From contig CAVSBT010000031.1 in NCBI GenBank assembly GCA_963726245.1, positions 1-64,000 on the forward strand: 64,000 nucleotides of DNA, written 5' to 3'. Position 1 is the first letter of the stretch. Each line of letters starts with the position of its first letter. The stretch comes from an uncultured Chloroflexia bacterium. Its GTDB lineage: Bacteria > Chloroflexota > Dehalococcoidia > DSTF01 > JALHUB01. The notes below the pieces were generated by a model that was given only the letters and a program-made list of their open reading frames with translations, ran no database searches and was not told the origin of the DNA. A program made the position numbers and the translations under genes. Positions 1 to 9,992 of the stretch are shown here, one piece after another.

Positions 1-1315
1 CTGGCCCTCCGCCAGGCGGACGAAGCCGACAAGCGCCTCGCCGCCGGCGACGCCGCGCCCGCTCACCGGCGTGCCCGCCGCCATCAAGGACGTCATCTGC
101 ACCAAGGGCGTGCGCACCACCTGCGGCTCGCGCATGCTGGAGAACTTCGTCCCGCCCTACAACGCCCACGTGACGCGAGCGCCTGCTCGAGGCCGGCCTG
201 GTGATGGTGGGCAAGGCCAACATGGACGAGTTCGCCATGGGCTCCTCCACCGAGAACTCCGCCTTCCATCCCACCCACAACCCCTGGGACCTGGAGCGCG
301 TGCCCGGCGGCTCCTCCGGCGGCTCCGCCGCCGCCGTGGCCGCCGGCGAGGCCATCTACGCCCTGGGCTCGGACACCGGCGGCAGCATCCGCCAGCCGGC
401 CTCGCTCTGCGGCGTCGTGGGCATGAAGCCCACCTACGGCCGCGTCAGCCGCTTCGGCCTGGTGGCCTTCGCCAGCTCCCTCGACCAGATCGGCCCCCTG
501 ACCAAGGACGTGACCGACTGCGCCCTGGTGCTGAACGCCATCGCCGGCCACGACCGCCGCGACTCCACCTCCGCCCCCCTCGACGTGCCCGACTACACGC
601 CAGTCGCTCATCCCCGACCTCAAGGGCCTGCGCGTCGGCGTGCCGCGGGAGTACTTCGTGGAGGGCATGGACGACGGCGTGCGCGCCTGCATCGAGGCCG
701 CCGTGCGCCAGATGGAGGCGCTGGGCGCCGAGGTCGACTGGGAGGTCTCGCTGCCCAGCACCGGCTACGCCCTGGCCTGCTACTACATCATCGCCCCCAG
801 CGAGGCGATCGGCCAACCTGGCCCGCTACGACGGCGTCAAGTACGGCTACTCCGACATGCAGCGGCGAGAACATGTGGGAGAACATGGAGCGCACCCGCC
901 AGTACGGCTTCGGCGACGAGGTGAAGCGGCGCATCATGCTCGGCACCTACGCCCTCTCCGCCGGCTACTACGACGCCTACTACCTGAAGGCCCAGAAGGT
1001 GCGCACCCTCATCCGCCGCGAGTTCGACGCGGCCTTCCAGCGCTGCGAGTGCTGGTGACCGCCGTCTCGCCCACGCCCGCCTTCCGCTGGGCGAGAAGGT
1101 GGACGACCCCCTGCAGATGTACCTGAGCGACGTCTGCACCATCCCGGTGAACATCGCCGGCCTGCCCGCCATCTCCGTGCCCTGCGGCTTCGTCGACGGC
1201 CTGCCGGTCGGCCTGCACATCATGGGCAAGCCCTTCGACGAGGCGCACCATCCTGCGCGTCGCCTACGCCTACGAGCAGGCCACCGAGTGGCACAAGGCG
1301 AGGCCGCCGCTGTAG
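1..1315 (+). CDS. gatA: Asp/Glu-tRNA amidotransferase subunit A (5'-truncated, several apparent sequencing frameshifts)
   Basis: Amidase signature across frames: [97 protein letters not shown]; TAG at 1313-1315. Confidence 0.95.
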
Positions 1316-1350
1316 GAATCAGAGACTCGCCAACATCGTGGGCAGCAGAG

Positions 1351-2176
1351 ATGCAAGGGTTTGGGAATAGCTTCGAGGACGACTGCAAGACCCTCCTGGG
1401 CCTGTTCATCGAGGTTGGGGAAAGCCTGAAGGTGCCCGGAAGAGTCGGCAAGGCTGCCTGACAGTGAACCGCTGGTGGGCAAGGTCGTTTGCCACGCATC
1501 TTCCATTCTGTACCTGTTCCGCGGCACGCGGTTAGACGACATACCACCAGCCCCAGTTGACTTGTCGACCACGCTTCGATTCAGGTCATCACCAGGGCCC
1601 TGTTGGAATCCGTCTGGGCCTTCCACCATGTTTTTCTAGAGCCCGAGACCGAAGACGAGTTCACATTTCGCCATTCGTCCTGGATGATAGCAGGGCTGGT
1701 GCAGCGGCAGAAATACCAGCTCTTACACCTTCCGCGAGACGCCAACTCGCCGACGAAAAACAGGTGATCGACGGCCATCGCGGGGCCCTGCAGCGGACGA
1801 AAGCCTTCGCAGAGCTGTCGGCAAAACAAAAGGAAAGAGCACTGAACGGCCAACTCTGGCGCCCCCCACCTCTGCGGGCCACGGCCACCGCTTTCTTGGG
1901 CAACAGGTTCGGCGCCACGGTCTACTCGTGGCTCTCCAGCTACCAGCATGGCGATGCCTTGAGCGCCATCGAGATCCGTGAAGCAAGAAGCCGCAAGACA
2001 GGCGACAAATAGCCGAAAGCCTGCTGGTCCTAGTCGCCGTATCCATTAGTCAAATGATCAGGGCCTATGTGCGGCTCTGGCCCGAGCTCGAAGCGATCAC
2101 AAGTCGTAACCCGAACATCGAAAGCCTGGTTGAGGCGTACGTCCGGTTTCCCCACACCGAGCCGGATATAGACTGA
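1351..2176 (+). CDS. Hypothetical protein, DUF5677/HEPN-like (frameshifted), in a lower-GC insert
   Basis: Stitched frames give ..[37 protein letters not shown].., i.e. R-x-x-x-E and Y-x-x-L-S-x-x-x-H motifs resembling DUF5677; codon usage differs from neighbours. Confidence 0.45.
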
Positions 2177-2188
2177 ACGGAAGCCCCC

Positions 2189-3182
2189 ATGCCCTGGCGA
2201 GCGAAGCTCAACGCCGACCCCCTGCCCTGGCTCCTGGAGCCGGACAACCCCTCCGTGCGCTACTTCGCCCTGCGCGACCTCCTCGACCGCCCCGAGCACG
2301 ACGCCGACCTGCGCGCCGCGCGAGCCGCCATCATGGACAGCGAGCCGGTGCGCGCCATCCTCGCCGCCCGTCACGCCGATGGCTACTGGGTGAAGCCCGG
2401 CCCTGGCTACACGCCCTAAGTACACCAGCACCGTCTGGCAGCTCATCATCCTGGCCGACCTGGCCGCCGACGGCGCCGATGAGCGCATCCGCCAGAGCTG
2501 CGAGTACGTCCTGTCTCACGCCCAGGCCGGCAGCGGCGGTCTCTCTGTCAACGCCGCTCCCAGCGGCGTCATCCACTGCCTGAACGGCAACCTGACCTAC
2601 GCCCTGCTCGCCCTCGGCCTCCCCCGGACGACGACCGCATCCAGCAGGCCCTCGACTGGCAGGCGCGGGCCATCCTCGGCGAGGACGTGACGTTCTACGC
2701 CTCCGGCACCACCGGCCCCGGCTTCGAGTGCGTCGCCAACTGGGCCCTGCCCTGCGCCTGGGGCGCCATCAAGGCCCTCAAGGCCTTCGCCCTCCTGCCG
2801 CCCGAGGCCCGCACGCCCCGCATCCAGCGCGCCGTCGACGCCGGCGTCGAGTTCATGTTCAGCCACGACCTGGCCCGCGCCGATTACCCCTGCCAGGACG
2901 GATAAGCTCCAACTGGTTCAAGTTCGGCTACCCTTTGAGCTACACCAGCGATATCCTGGAGGCGCTGGAGGTGCTCGCCGGCCTCGGCCATCCGCCTTGG
3001 CGGACGACCCGCGCCTGGCCAACGCCATCGAGTTCGTTCTCTCGAAACAGGACGGCCAGGGGCGCTGGAAGCTGGAGCACACGCTCAACGGTAAGATGTG
3101 GGTCGACATCGAGCAGAGGGGCAAGCCCAGCAAGTGGGTCACCCTGCGCGCCCTCCGCGTCCTGAAAGCCGTTGGCACGTGA
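2189..3182 (+). CDS. Prenyltransferase/squalene-cyclase-repeat (alpha/alpha barrel) protein (frameshifted)
   Basis: WLLEPDNPSVRYFALRDLL, ADGYWVKPGPGY, WFKFGYPLSYTSDILEALEVL, SKQDGQGRWKLE (QW-like repeat), SKWVTLRALRVLK. Confidence 0.7.
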
Positions 3183-3480
3183 TCGCATCCGAGCTCCGTC
3201 ATTCCGAGCGAAGCGAGGATCTGGGGAGCGGCATCTGCAGAGCCCGCCTCAGGCGGGGTCGAAAAATCATTCGCGTCCTGAAGGCCTGCACGTACGCTGT
3301 CATCCGTCTGAGCGAAGCGAGGAATCTGGGGAGGGGCATCGTGCGACATGCCCCCGCTCAGGCGGGGGTCGAAAATGAGCCCTCCGCGTCCTGAAAGCCT
3401 CGGCACGTGATGCGCGCGCTCTCGTTGCCATCGAGCCTCCCTGTCATTCCGAGCGAAGCGAGGAATCTGGGGAGGGGATA
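3150..3480 (+). repeat. Three tandem units: copy of upstream gene 3' end + GTCATTCCGAGCGAAGCGAGGAATCT REP-like palindrome (+ CCCCGC-TCA-GGCGGGG hairpin in units 1-2)
   Basis: Gene-end copies at 3150-3183, 3272-3294, 3379-3411; REP-like copies at 3198-3226, 3298-3331, 3442-3477; hairpins at 3243-3257 and 3351-3368. Confidence 0.85.
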
Positions 3481-3528
3481 GCGCAATCATGCCCCGAGCG
3501 GAGCAGACGCACCAGGAGGTGACCAGCC

Positions 3529-3988
3529 ATGGATCTAGACCCGGCCCAACAGCACATGCTAAAGGGCTACGAGTGATCGGAGTCCGTTCTCCTGGCCGTG
3601 TGCCAGGAACTGGGCATCGAGAGCCCCCTCATCCCGCGCATGGCCTCCGCCTTTGGCGGCGGCATGGGCGGCCTCGGCTCCGTCTGCGGGGCCGTCTCCG
3701 GCGCCATGATCGCCATCGGCCTCGCCCACGGCCGCGACGAGCCCTGGCAGCCCCGCGACCAGGTCTACGACCTCGCCCGCAAGGTCTACCGCGGCTTCCA
3801 GGAGGAGATGGGCTCCACCATCTGCCGCGACCTCACCGGGCCTCGACCTGACCACGCCCGAGGGCGTCCAGCAGATCTACAGCTCCGGCGTGGGGATGCG
3901 CGTCTGCCTGCGCGCCGGCTCGACCGCCTACCGCCTGGCCCTGGCCGCCCTGCGCGAGGCCCAGGAGGGCAGCGCCCCTGCCGGCTGA
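3529..3988 (+). CDS. C-GCAxxG-C-C family redox (seleno)protein; UGA at 3574-3576 read as Sec
   Basis: RBS AGGAGGT 3514-3520, ATG 3529; MDLDPAQQHMLKGYE-U-SESVLLAVC..FGGGMGGLGSVCGAVSG..GSTICRDL..VC; UGA falls at the first conserved Cys; SECIS-like hairpin follows; one frameshift near 3840. Confidence 0.85.
3590..3608 (+). promoter_or_regulatory. Bacterial SECIS-like hairpin
   Basis: TCCTGGC-CGTGT-GCCAGGA; apical loop contains GU and starts 20 nt after the in-frame UGA. Confidence 0.7.
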
Positions 3989-4220
3989 GGAACCGGTCGA
4001 GGTCGCCTGCTACGCCGGCGCCCGCTACCCCGAGCGGCCCCAGCGCGTGACCTGGCGTCGCGTCCAGCGCCTCGTCGTAGACGTCGAGCGCGAGTGGCGC
4101 GAGCCGGGGCGCCACTTCTTCCAGGTGCGCCTCGAGGGTGACCTATCGCTGACGCTTTGCTATGATGAGCCCAACGATCGCTGGACGTGCCGGATCCCGC
4201 CCGGGCCGTCGAGGAGGTAG
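3978..4220 (+). CDS. Small hypothetical protein (frameshifted)
   Basis: VEVACYAGARYPERPQRVTW..VEREWREPGRHFFQVRLEGDLSLTLCYDEPNDRW; GC3-rich codons, packed between neighbours. Confidence 0.55.
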   Translation: MPAEEPVEVACYAGARYPERPQRVTWRRVQRLVVDVEREWREPGRHFFQVRLEGDLSLTLCYDEPNDRWTCRIPPGPSRR

Positions 4221-4229
4221 CTTCCACCC

Positions 4230-5423
4230 ATGTCCGCCGAGACACCGTCCCTGGCCCCGCCGAGTTCGTCTCCCGCCGCGTGCGGAGCATCCCCGCCTCC
4301 GGCATCCGCCGCTTCTTCGACCTCATCGGCAGCATGGAGGGCGTCATCTCCCTGGGCGTCGGCGAGCCCGACTTCGTCACGCCCCGGCAGCTCACCGAGG
4401 CCGCCATCCGCTCCCTGAACGAGGGCCACACCCACTACACCTCGAACTACGGCCTCCTGGAGCTGCGCCAGGCCCTCTCCGCCCACCTGGAGCGCCTCTA
4501 CGGCGTCCGCTACGACCCGGCGTCAGCGAGATCGTCGATCACCGCCGGCGTCAGCGAGGCCCTGCAGCTCGCCATCCACGCCGCCCTCGACCCCGGCGAC
4601 GAGGTGATCTGCCCCGAGCCCTGCTTCGTGGCCTACCAGCCCTGCGTGACCCTGGCCGGCGGCGTCTGCGGTGCCCGTGCCCACCGAGCCGGAGAACGAC
4701 TTCCTGGTCCGCGCCCCCGACCTCGAGGCCGCCGTCACCCCCCGCACCAAGGCCATCCTCCTCGGCTACCCCGAACAACCCCACCGGCGCCGTGATGACC
4801 CGCGACGACCTCCTGCCCATCGCCGACCTGGCCGCCCGCCGCAACCTGCTGGTCATCGCCGACGAGATCTACGACCGCCTGACCTACGGCGTCCAGCACA
4901 CCTGCTTCGCCTCGCTGCCCGGCATGCAGGAGCGCACGATCCTCCTCGGCGGCTTCTCCAAGGCCTACGCCATGACCGGCTGGCGCGTGGGCTGGGCCTG
5001 CGCCCCCGCCGACATCCTCGAGGCGATGATGAAGGTGCACCAGTACATCATGATGTGCGCGCCCACGCCCTCGCCAGTACGCCGCCCTCGAGGCCCTGCG
5101 CAGCGGCGAGGAGCCGGCGCAGGCCATGATGCGCGGAGTACGACCGCCGCCGCCGCCTCATCGTCGACGGGTTCAACCGGCTGGGCCTCACCTGCTTCGA
5201 GCCGAAGGGCGCCTTCTACGCCTTCCCCTCCGTCCGCAGCACCGGCCTCTCCGACGAAGACTTCACCGAGCGCCTGCTGCGGGAGGAGAAGGTGGCGGTG
5301 GTGCCGGGCTCCGCCTTCGGGGCCTGCGGCGCCGGCCACGTCCGCGCCTGCTACGCCACCCCCTACGAGCAGATCGAAGAAGCGCTCGAGCGCATCGGCC
5401 GGTTCGTAGCGCGCGTGCGGTAG
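4230..5423 (+). CDS. PLP-dependent aminotransferase class I/II (frameshifted)
   Basis: SGIRRFFDL, ISLGVGEPDF, YTSNYGLLELR, PNNPTGAVM, IADEIYDRL, GFSKAYAMTGWRVG, PKGAFYAFP. Confidence 0.93.
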
Positions 5424-5591
5424 GCGCGGCTGCGCCAGGGAACGGCCCCTCAGCTCGCACACCCGGTAGCCGCGACGCGCAACCCGCACGTTCGCGCTGG
5501 ATCTCAAAGTGGTTGCCTTAGCGCCTGTGATTGTTTACGCTTTGGCTCGCCCACACTTGGCTAATCCAAAAACGCCGATCTCGGAGTACAT

Positions 5592-6457
5592 ATGGCCGAT
5601 GCCCGTGTCGTATGCCGGTGCGTTCGATGCGGTCGCGCTCGACGTGATACCCGCCTAGCCGCCTATTGGACTTGTGCCCCATGCGTCGACGAACTCCTGG
5701 TTGCCTTTAGCCAGGAAGTCCCCGTTTGGGAAGGCAACGAGGTACAGGGTTACTGCTCGGTGTGCAACGACCGGAACGTCGTGCGACTTCGGCAGTGGCT
5801 AGTCTGCTTGGTCTGCGAACGAGTCACCAGAAGAATCGACAGCGGGCGGGTGGCAGTTAGGTTTGTGGCACGTGGTGGGGCGACAAGGTTCGCGCCCCAG
5901 TCCCCCAACTCCACCTACAAGAAACAGACCCGCGAATTTCGCCCCTATCAAGAGAGAAACGCTGGCACGAGGCAGCTAATGCAGACTTTGTCGGTGTGGA
6001 CACGGCGGCGAACCGAGAATTGTTCACTATCGAACTGAAGACGGGGTCAAGTTCCATTGGCGGGGCAGGCGGCATGAGTCAGTTCCAGCTGGACACCAGC
6101 GACTGTGACCAGATACTGGAAGTCGCCGCACGACGGCAGCTGCCCGCTTACGTCCTGCATGCTCAGGTTGTAGAGCAATATGAGCCGCCGACGACCTACT
6201 ATCTGTCCTTTGGGGTTGGTGGACCGATTTGTTTAGGTTGGCGGATGCGTTTCTCGGTTGTTCGCCCCCGAGAACGGAGCGAAGAAAGCCGCATTCCCAG
6301 AGGCCGTCTCCTCCAGGCAATCGCTACCTTCGGGCCGGCCATCCCTGACCTCGACTATGACCGCCTGGCAGAACGGGTTCGCCGAGAGGGGATCCCACGT
6401 TCGCTATCAGTTGTGCCGACGCGGTCGGAGTGGCTCGCCAGATCCCGTTGTTCGTGA
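5592..6457 (+). CDS. Putative restriction endonuclease: N-terminal double Zn-ribbon + PD-(D/E)xK-like domain (frameshifted)
   Basis: Four CxxC pairs (CVRC, CAPC, CSVC, CLVC), then NADFVGVD..FTIELKTG; convergent with an adenine methyltransferase. Confidence 0.55.
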
Positions 6458-8094
6458 GTCCCTCTCACCAGCCTTTCGACGAGACCGACATCAAGTTGCA
6501 GTATGTCACCCACCGAACGCGTCAGTTCACGCCGGCTTGCGAAGGCAGTGTAGTCCTTCATAGGCGGTGCCAACCGGTACAGTTGTGAGGAAGGTTGCAG
6601 CTCCGCATATGGAACTAGAAGTTCGGGGACGTCCGAGGGCAGAAGGTTGTAGACTCCACCGCCGTACTGTTGCGCTTGGGAGCGAATGGCTACTTTTCCG
6701 AAGTCGGAATTCAGCACCGCTAGCAGAGGCAGGAGCCTATCGCCTCTCTTCGGACGAATCTCAATGAAGTCCTCGTTGCCGACCCATCCGGCCTGATTCC
6801 ATATGGCGCTCAACGCCTATAGACTCTTCGCGGCAACAAGATGGGCCAGCGTCCCCGCCTATTGAGGTGGTGACGGAGTTGTACCATCGGGAGCGGCCGC
6901 TCCTTCTGAGCCGGGGCGAGGGCCGATCCCCAGATGCCGTGCAAGATTTCCACGAACGCGGACCTCCTGAGTCGACCGCCAGTCAACGTGTCTCCTGGCA
7001 CCAGGTCAGTTCGTGCATTGGCTCCGCCGGAGCAAATACGTAATGTGATGGTTGCTCGCGAGAAGAGACCACGATTGTCGGGACGCTCCGCGGGCTGAAG
7101 GCGAGCGGCTCCAGATATTGCTGTTCTATGCCTACGGACTCGCGCGGGAGGCGCTGAGGATGAAGAAATCAAGCGCAACGCTCTGAACACCAATCCTGGA
7201 CTCCGCGAGCTTTCGCAGGCTGCAAAACTTTCCCGTTGCCTCCAGCTCGAAGATGATGTCTGGCCTCTTGAGCAGAAAGCTCCAAGAGTTCCCGGGCGGA
7301 GCGCGCGCTGTGGCGCACGTGCAACAAAGAAGTCGGCGTGGTCGCCGTCGTCAAGTTTAGCGATGCCGTCAAACGTGTATCCGGTAAGAGCCCGCTTGGT
7401 GTTGACGAAGAGCACGTTCTCGGCCCTCTTCACCCTTTCTCGGCGAGCAGCAGGACGCTCTTGACCAACGCGTCCGGGAATAGCCGAGTATCGAAGCCGA
7501 CCACGGCCCTGACAGCGTACTCGTGCATCAAGAATGCCTTGAAATCCCTTCCAAATTTGGTGTCTAGCCGGTACGTGGCGTGCACAACCGCCAGTCGCCC
7601 GCCGGGCGCAAGAACAGGATTGACGTAGAGCTGAAAAGCATTAGAGGTCAGCGAGGAGTAGAGCTTCCCCCAAATCGAGTGCAGGCAGAACCCTTGACCC
7701 GACGGCGTCAATCGAACTGAGGTACACCCGGCTCACATAAGGGGGATTACCGACGACTGCGCTCAGTGGCGGATAGACGGGCCCGAAGAGGTCGCCATGG
7801 CGTACGTTCGGGAATAGCCGGCCCTGGCAGGAGCTGGCAATGCGCTGGACATCTACAGAACGCGTCTTCATCAAGCTCAGAGCCATAGACCTGCGCGCTT
7901 CCTTGTATCGCACCGAGAGCGGACAAACGGTTGTAGGCTTCCATGGCGAAGACGCCTTCCCCGATGCCGAAGGTCTAGCACTAGCGCCTCGGGACTGCTG
8001 ACCGCCCAATCAACTAGGAATCGGCAACGCCTACGGCGTGTAGACAGCCCCCGACCCTCTTTCTCGCCAACCGGCTCGTCGTCACTGCTAACAT
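6410..8094 (-). CDS. N6-adenine DNA methyltransferase, gamma class (Eco57I/HsdM-like), many frameshifts
   Basis: Motif X GAVYTP, motif I VLDLGIGEGVF, YGSELD, motif IV AVVGNPPYV, LAPGGRLAVV, FPDALV; C-terminal LAVLNSDF..QQYGGGVYNLLPSDV. Confidence 0.85.
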
Positions 8095-8101
8095 CAACCA
8101 G

Positions 8102-8132
8102 AATAATGAGCGCTAGCGCTCCCATTTGTCAA
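8102..8132 (-). promoter_or_regulatory. Putative methyltransferase promoter containing a perfect 14-bp palindrome
   Basis: TTGACA (8132-8127) followed by GAGCGCTAGCGCTC (8108-8121) and a weak -10-like CATTAT overlapping its end. Confidence 0.5.
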
Positions 8133-8331
8133 GGGGGTTATGGGCCGATTTTCGCCCCCTTTTCGGGCGGTTCTGGGCGAAACCCCCCAAGGACTCGAAA
8201 TCGACTAACCAGTCTCGCCTGTACTTGTGCCGACGTATTCTGCCTGAGGCCAGCAAGCGGCGCAGATGCGCGGGCGATACCCGGGTCAATTGGCTCGCGC
8301 GGTTGACTGTGATATAGCGGGGCTCCATCAT
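8113..8331 (-). CDS. Small helix-turn-helix protein (excisionase/HTH_17-like); possible RM controller
   Basis: YITVNRASQLTRVSPAHLRRLLASGRIRRHKYRRDWLVDFESL matches the Xis/MerR-like wHTH pattern. Confidence 0.75.
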   Translation of the reverse strand: MMEPRYITVNRASQLTRVSPAHLRRLLASGRIRRHKYRRDWLVDFESLGGFAQNRPKRGRKSAHNPLDKWER

Positions 8332-8501
8332 GGCAGCTCATCCGGCACAACGCCGGTCTCTGTTCACATCATCGCTATGCTCGCTGACCGCTTTCACAAT
8401 CTCCCGCACCACTGCCGCGACCAGCTACTCGCCTCTCGGTTCCAACGACCCAATGCCACCTCGCCATTCTATCACCAGGACGCGCGTCCTATGATGGGCC
8501 G

Positions 8502-8556
8502 GTAGGGGCGAACGGCTGTGCGCCCTCGCGTAGGGGCGACCCCCTGTGGTCGCCCC
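8502..8556 (+). repeat. Pair of GTAG-type REP palindromes
   Basis: GTAGGGGCGAACGGCTGTGCGCCCT and GTAGGGGCGACCCCCTGTGGTCGCCC: GTAG tetramer + GC hairpin typical of RAYT-associated REPs. Confidence 0.75.
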
Positions 8557-8592
8557 CGCCCATCGATGACAGACACAGAAAGGAGACCCTCA

Positions 8593-9010
8593 ATGCCAAA
8601 CAGCCCCCGGCAAGCGAGGCGGCAAGCGACCCGGTGCCGGCGCCCCCAAGGGCAACCTCAACGCCCTCAAGCACGGGCGGCACTCCGCCCAGCTCCGGGC
8701 TCTCCTCGTGCTCTTCCACAACCCCGCCGTCCGCGACCTCCTGACCCGCCTCATCCAGCGCCAGGCTCGCCGCAACGCCCAACTCCACCGCGACGCCGCT
8801 GCCGTCGGCCTCTGGCTCGACCATCTCACCCCCTCCACCCCACCTCCCATTCCCCTCCCCGCGCTCAGCCGCCGCCAGACCCGCCTCTTCGCCCGGGCCC
8901 TCGTCGACCACCTCCAGCGCCCGCCACAACAATCAACCAAAACGGGCCCCAAAGGCCCGCTCCCAGATTCAGACGAAAAGAAAAAACTCCAACACAATCA
9001 AACGCCGTCG
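8593..9010 (+). CDS. Hypothetical protein with GAPKGNxNAxKHG motif (phage small-terminase-like N-terminal motif)
   Basis: RBS AAGGAG, ATG 8593; after an indel reads GAPKGNLNALKHGRHSAQLRALL; 3' end uncertain. Confidence 0.5.
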
Positions 9011-9013
9011 GCC

Positions 9014-9839
9014 CTACTCCCTCCACTCCCTGCCCGCCGCCAGCCGCAGGAAGTCCGCGTGGGCGCCCGGCGCCCCGGCGATGACCCCCTCGCTGCGGAT
9101 GCCCATCGGCCCGCCGTCGCGGTCGCGTGATGGCGCCGCCGGCCTCGCGCACCAGCAGGATGCCCGCCGCGATGTCCCAGGGGTAGAGCATGTGGTGCAC
9201 GAACAGGTCGAAGCGACCGCAGGCGGCGTAGGCCAGCCCCAGGGCCGCGCTGCCGATGATCCGCACGCTCTGCATCCCCGGCCACAGCTCGCGCACCAGC
9301 GATAGCGCCCGCGCCGCCCGCCCGTCGTCGTAGCCCATGTCCACGGCCAGCACCGAGGCCATCACGCTCTCCTTGGTCGACGCGCGGATCGGCCGCTCGT
9401 TCAGGAAGGCGCCCCGCCCCGCCTGGGCGCAGGAACTCCTCGCCGCGGACGGGCTCGAAGGTCAGGGCCAGCAGCGGCTCCTCGTTGTGGCAGAGCGCGA
9501 TGTTGATGCAGAACATGGGGATGCCGCTCAGGTAGTTGCGCGTGCCGTCCAGGGGGTCCACCACCCACATCCAGCCCTCGCGCGGCCGCGGGCGCGTCGG
9601 CGTCGCCGTCTCCTCCGACAGGATCGAGTGGTCGGGGTACTCGGCGGCCAGGATGGCGTGGATCGCCCGCTCCGAGGCCAGGTCCGCCGCCGTCACCAGG
9701 TTCCCCCGCCCCTTGGCCCGCACCTCCTGCGGCTTCCCCAGGCCCGTCCATCACGATGCGGGCGGCCTCCTGGGCGCAGCGGCGGGCCACCTCCAGCGGC
9801 GTGCGGCCGCTCCGGGACGAGGGGCAGGTCAGGAGCCAT
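9014..9839 (-). CDS. suhB: Inositol monophosphatase family protein (frameshifted)
   Basis: NLVTAADLASE, ILSEE, WVVDPLDGTRNY, GSAALGLAYAACGRFD, PWDIAAGILLVREAGG. Confidence 0.9.
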
Positions 9840-9992
9840 AGGGCGCCATCGGCGGGTTGGTGCTCGACCCCCGCCTGAAGGCGGGGGCATCGGAATCGAC
9901 CTCCCCATGCCCCAGCCTTTAGGCTGGGGTGATAAGAAGCCCAGAACCGACCAGCCCATGAGCCATTTCTCGTCAGGAGCCATAGGGCGCCA
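9828..9992 (-). repeat. 123-bp palindromic insert flanked by 21-bp direct repeats of the trpS-stop/suhB-start overlap
   Basis: GTCAGGAGCCATAGGGCGCCA at 9828-9848 and 9972-9992; hairpins at 9864-9890 and 9910-9929. Confidence 0.85.

Noticed and set aside
2417-2419. In-frame TAA as a recoding site
   Set aside because: Removing one base (ACG CCC [T] AAG TAC) restores the frame, so it is an indel rather than read-through
3150-3480. CRISPR array
   Set aside because: Only three degenerate units, the spacers resemble each other and the adjacent gene, unit lengths vary, and there are no cas genes
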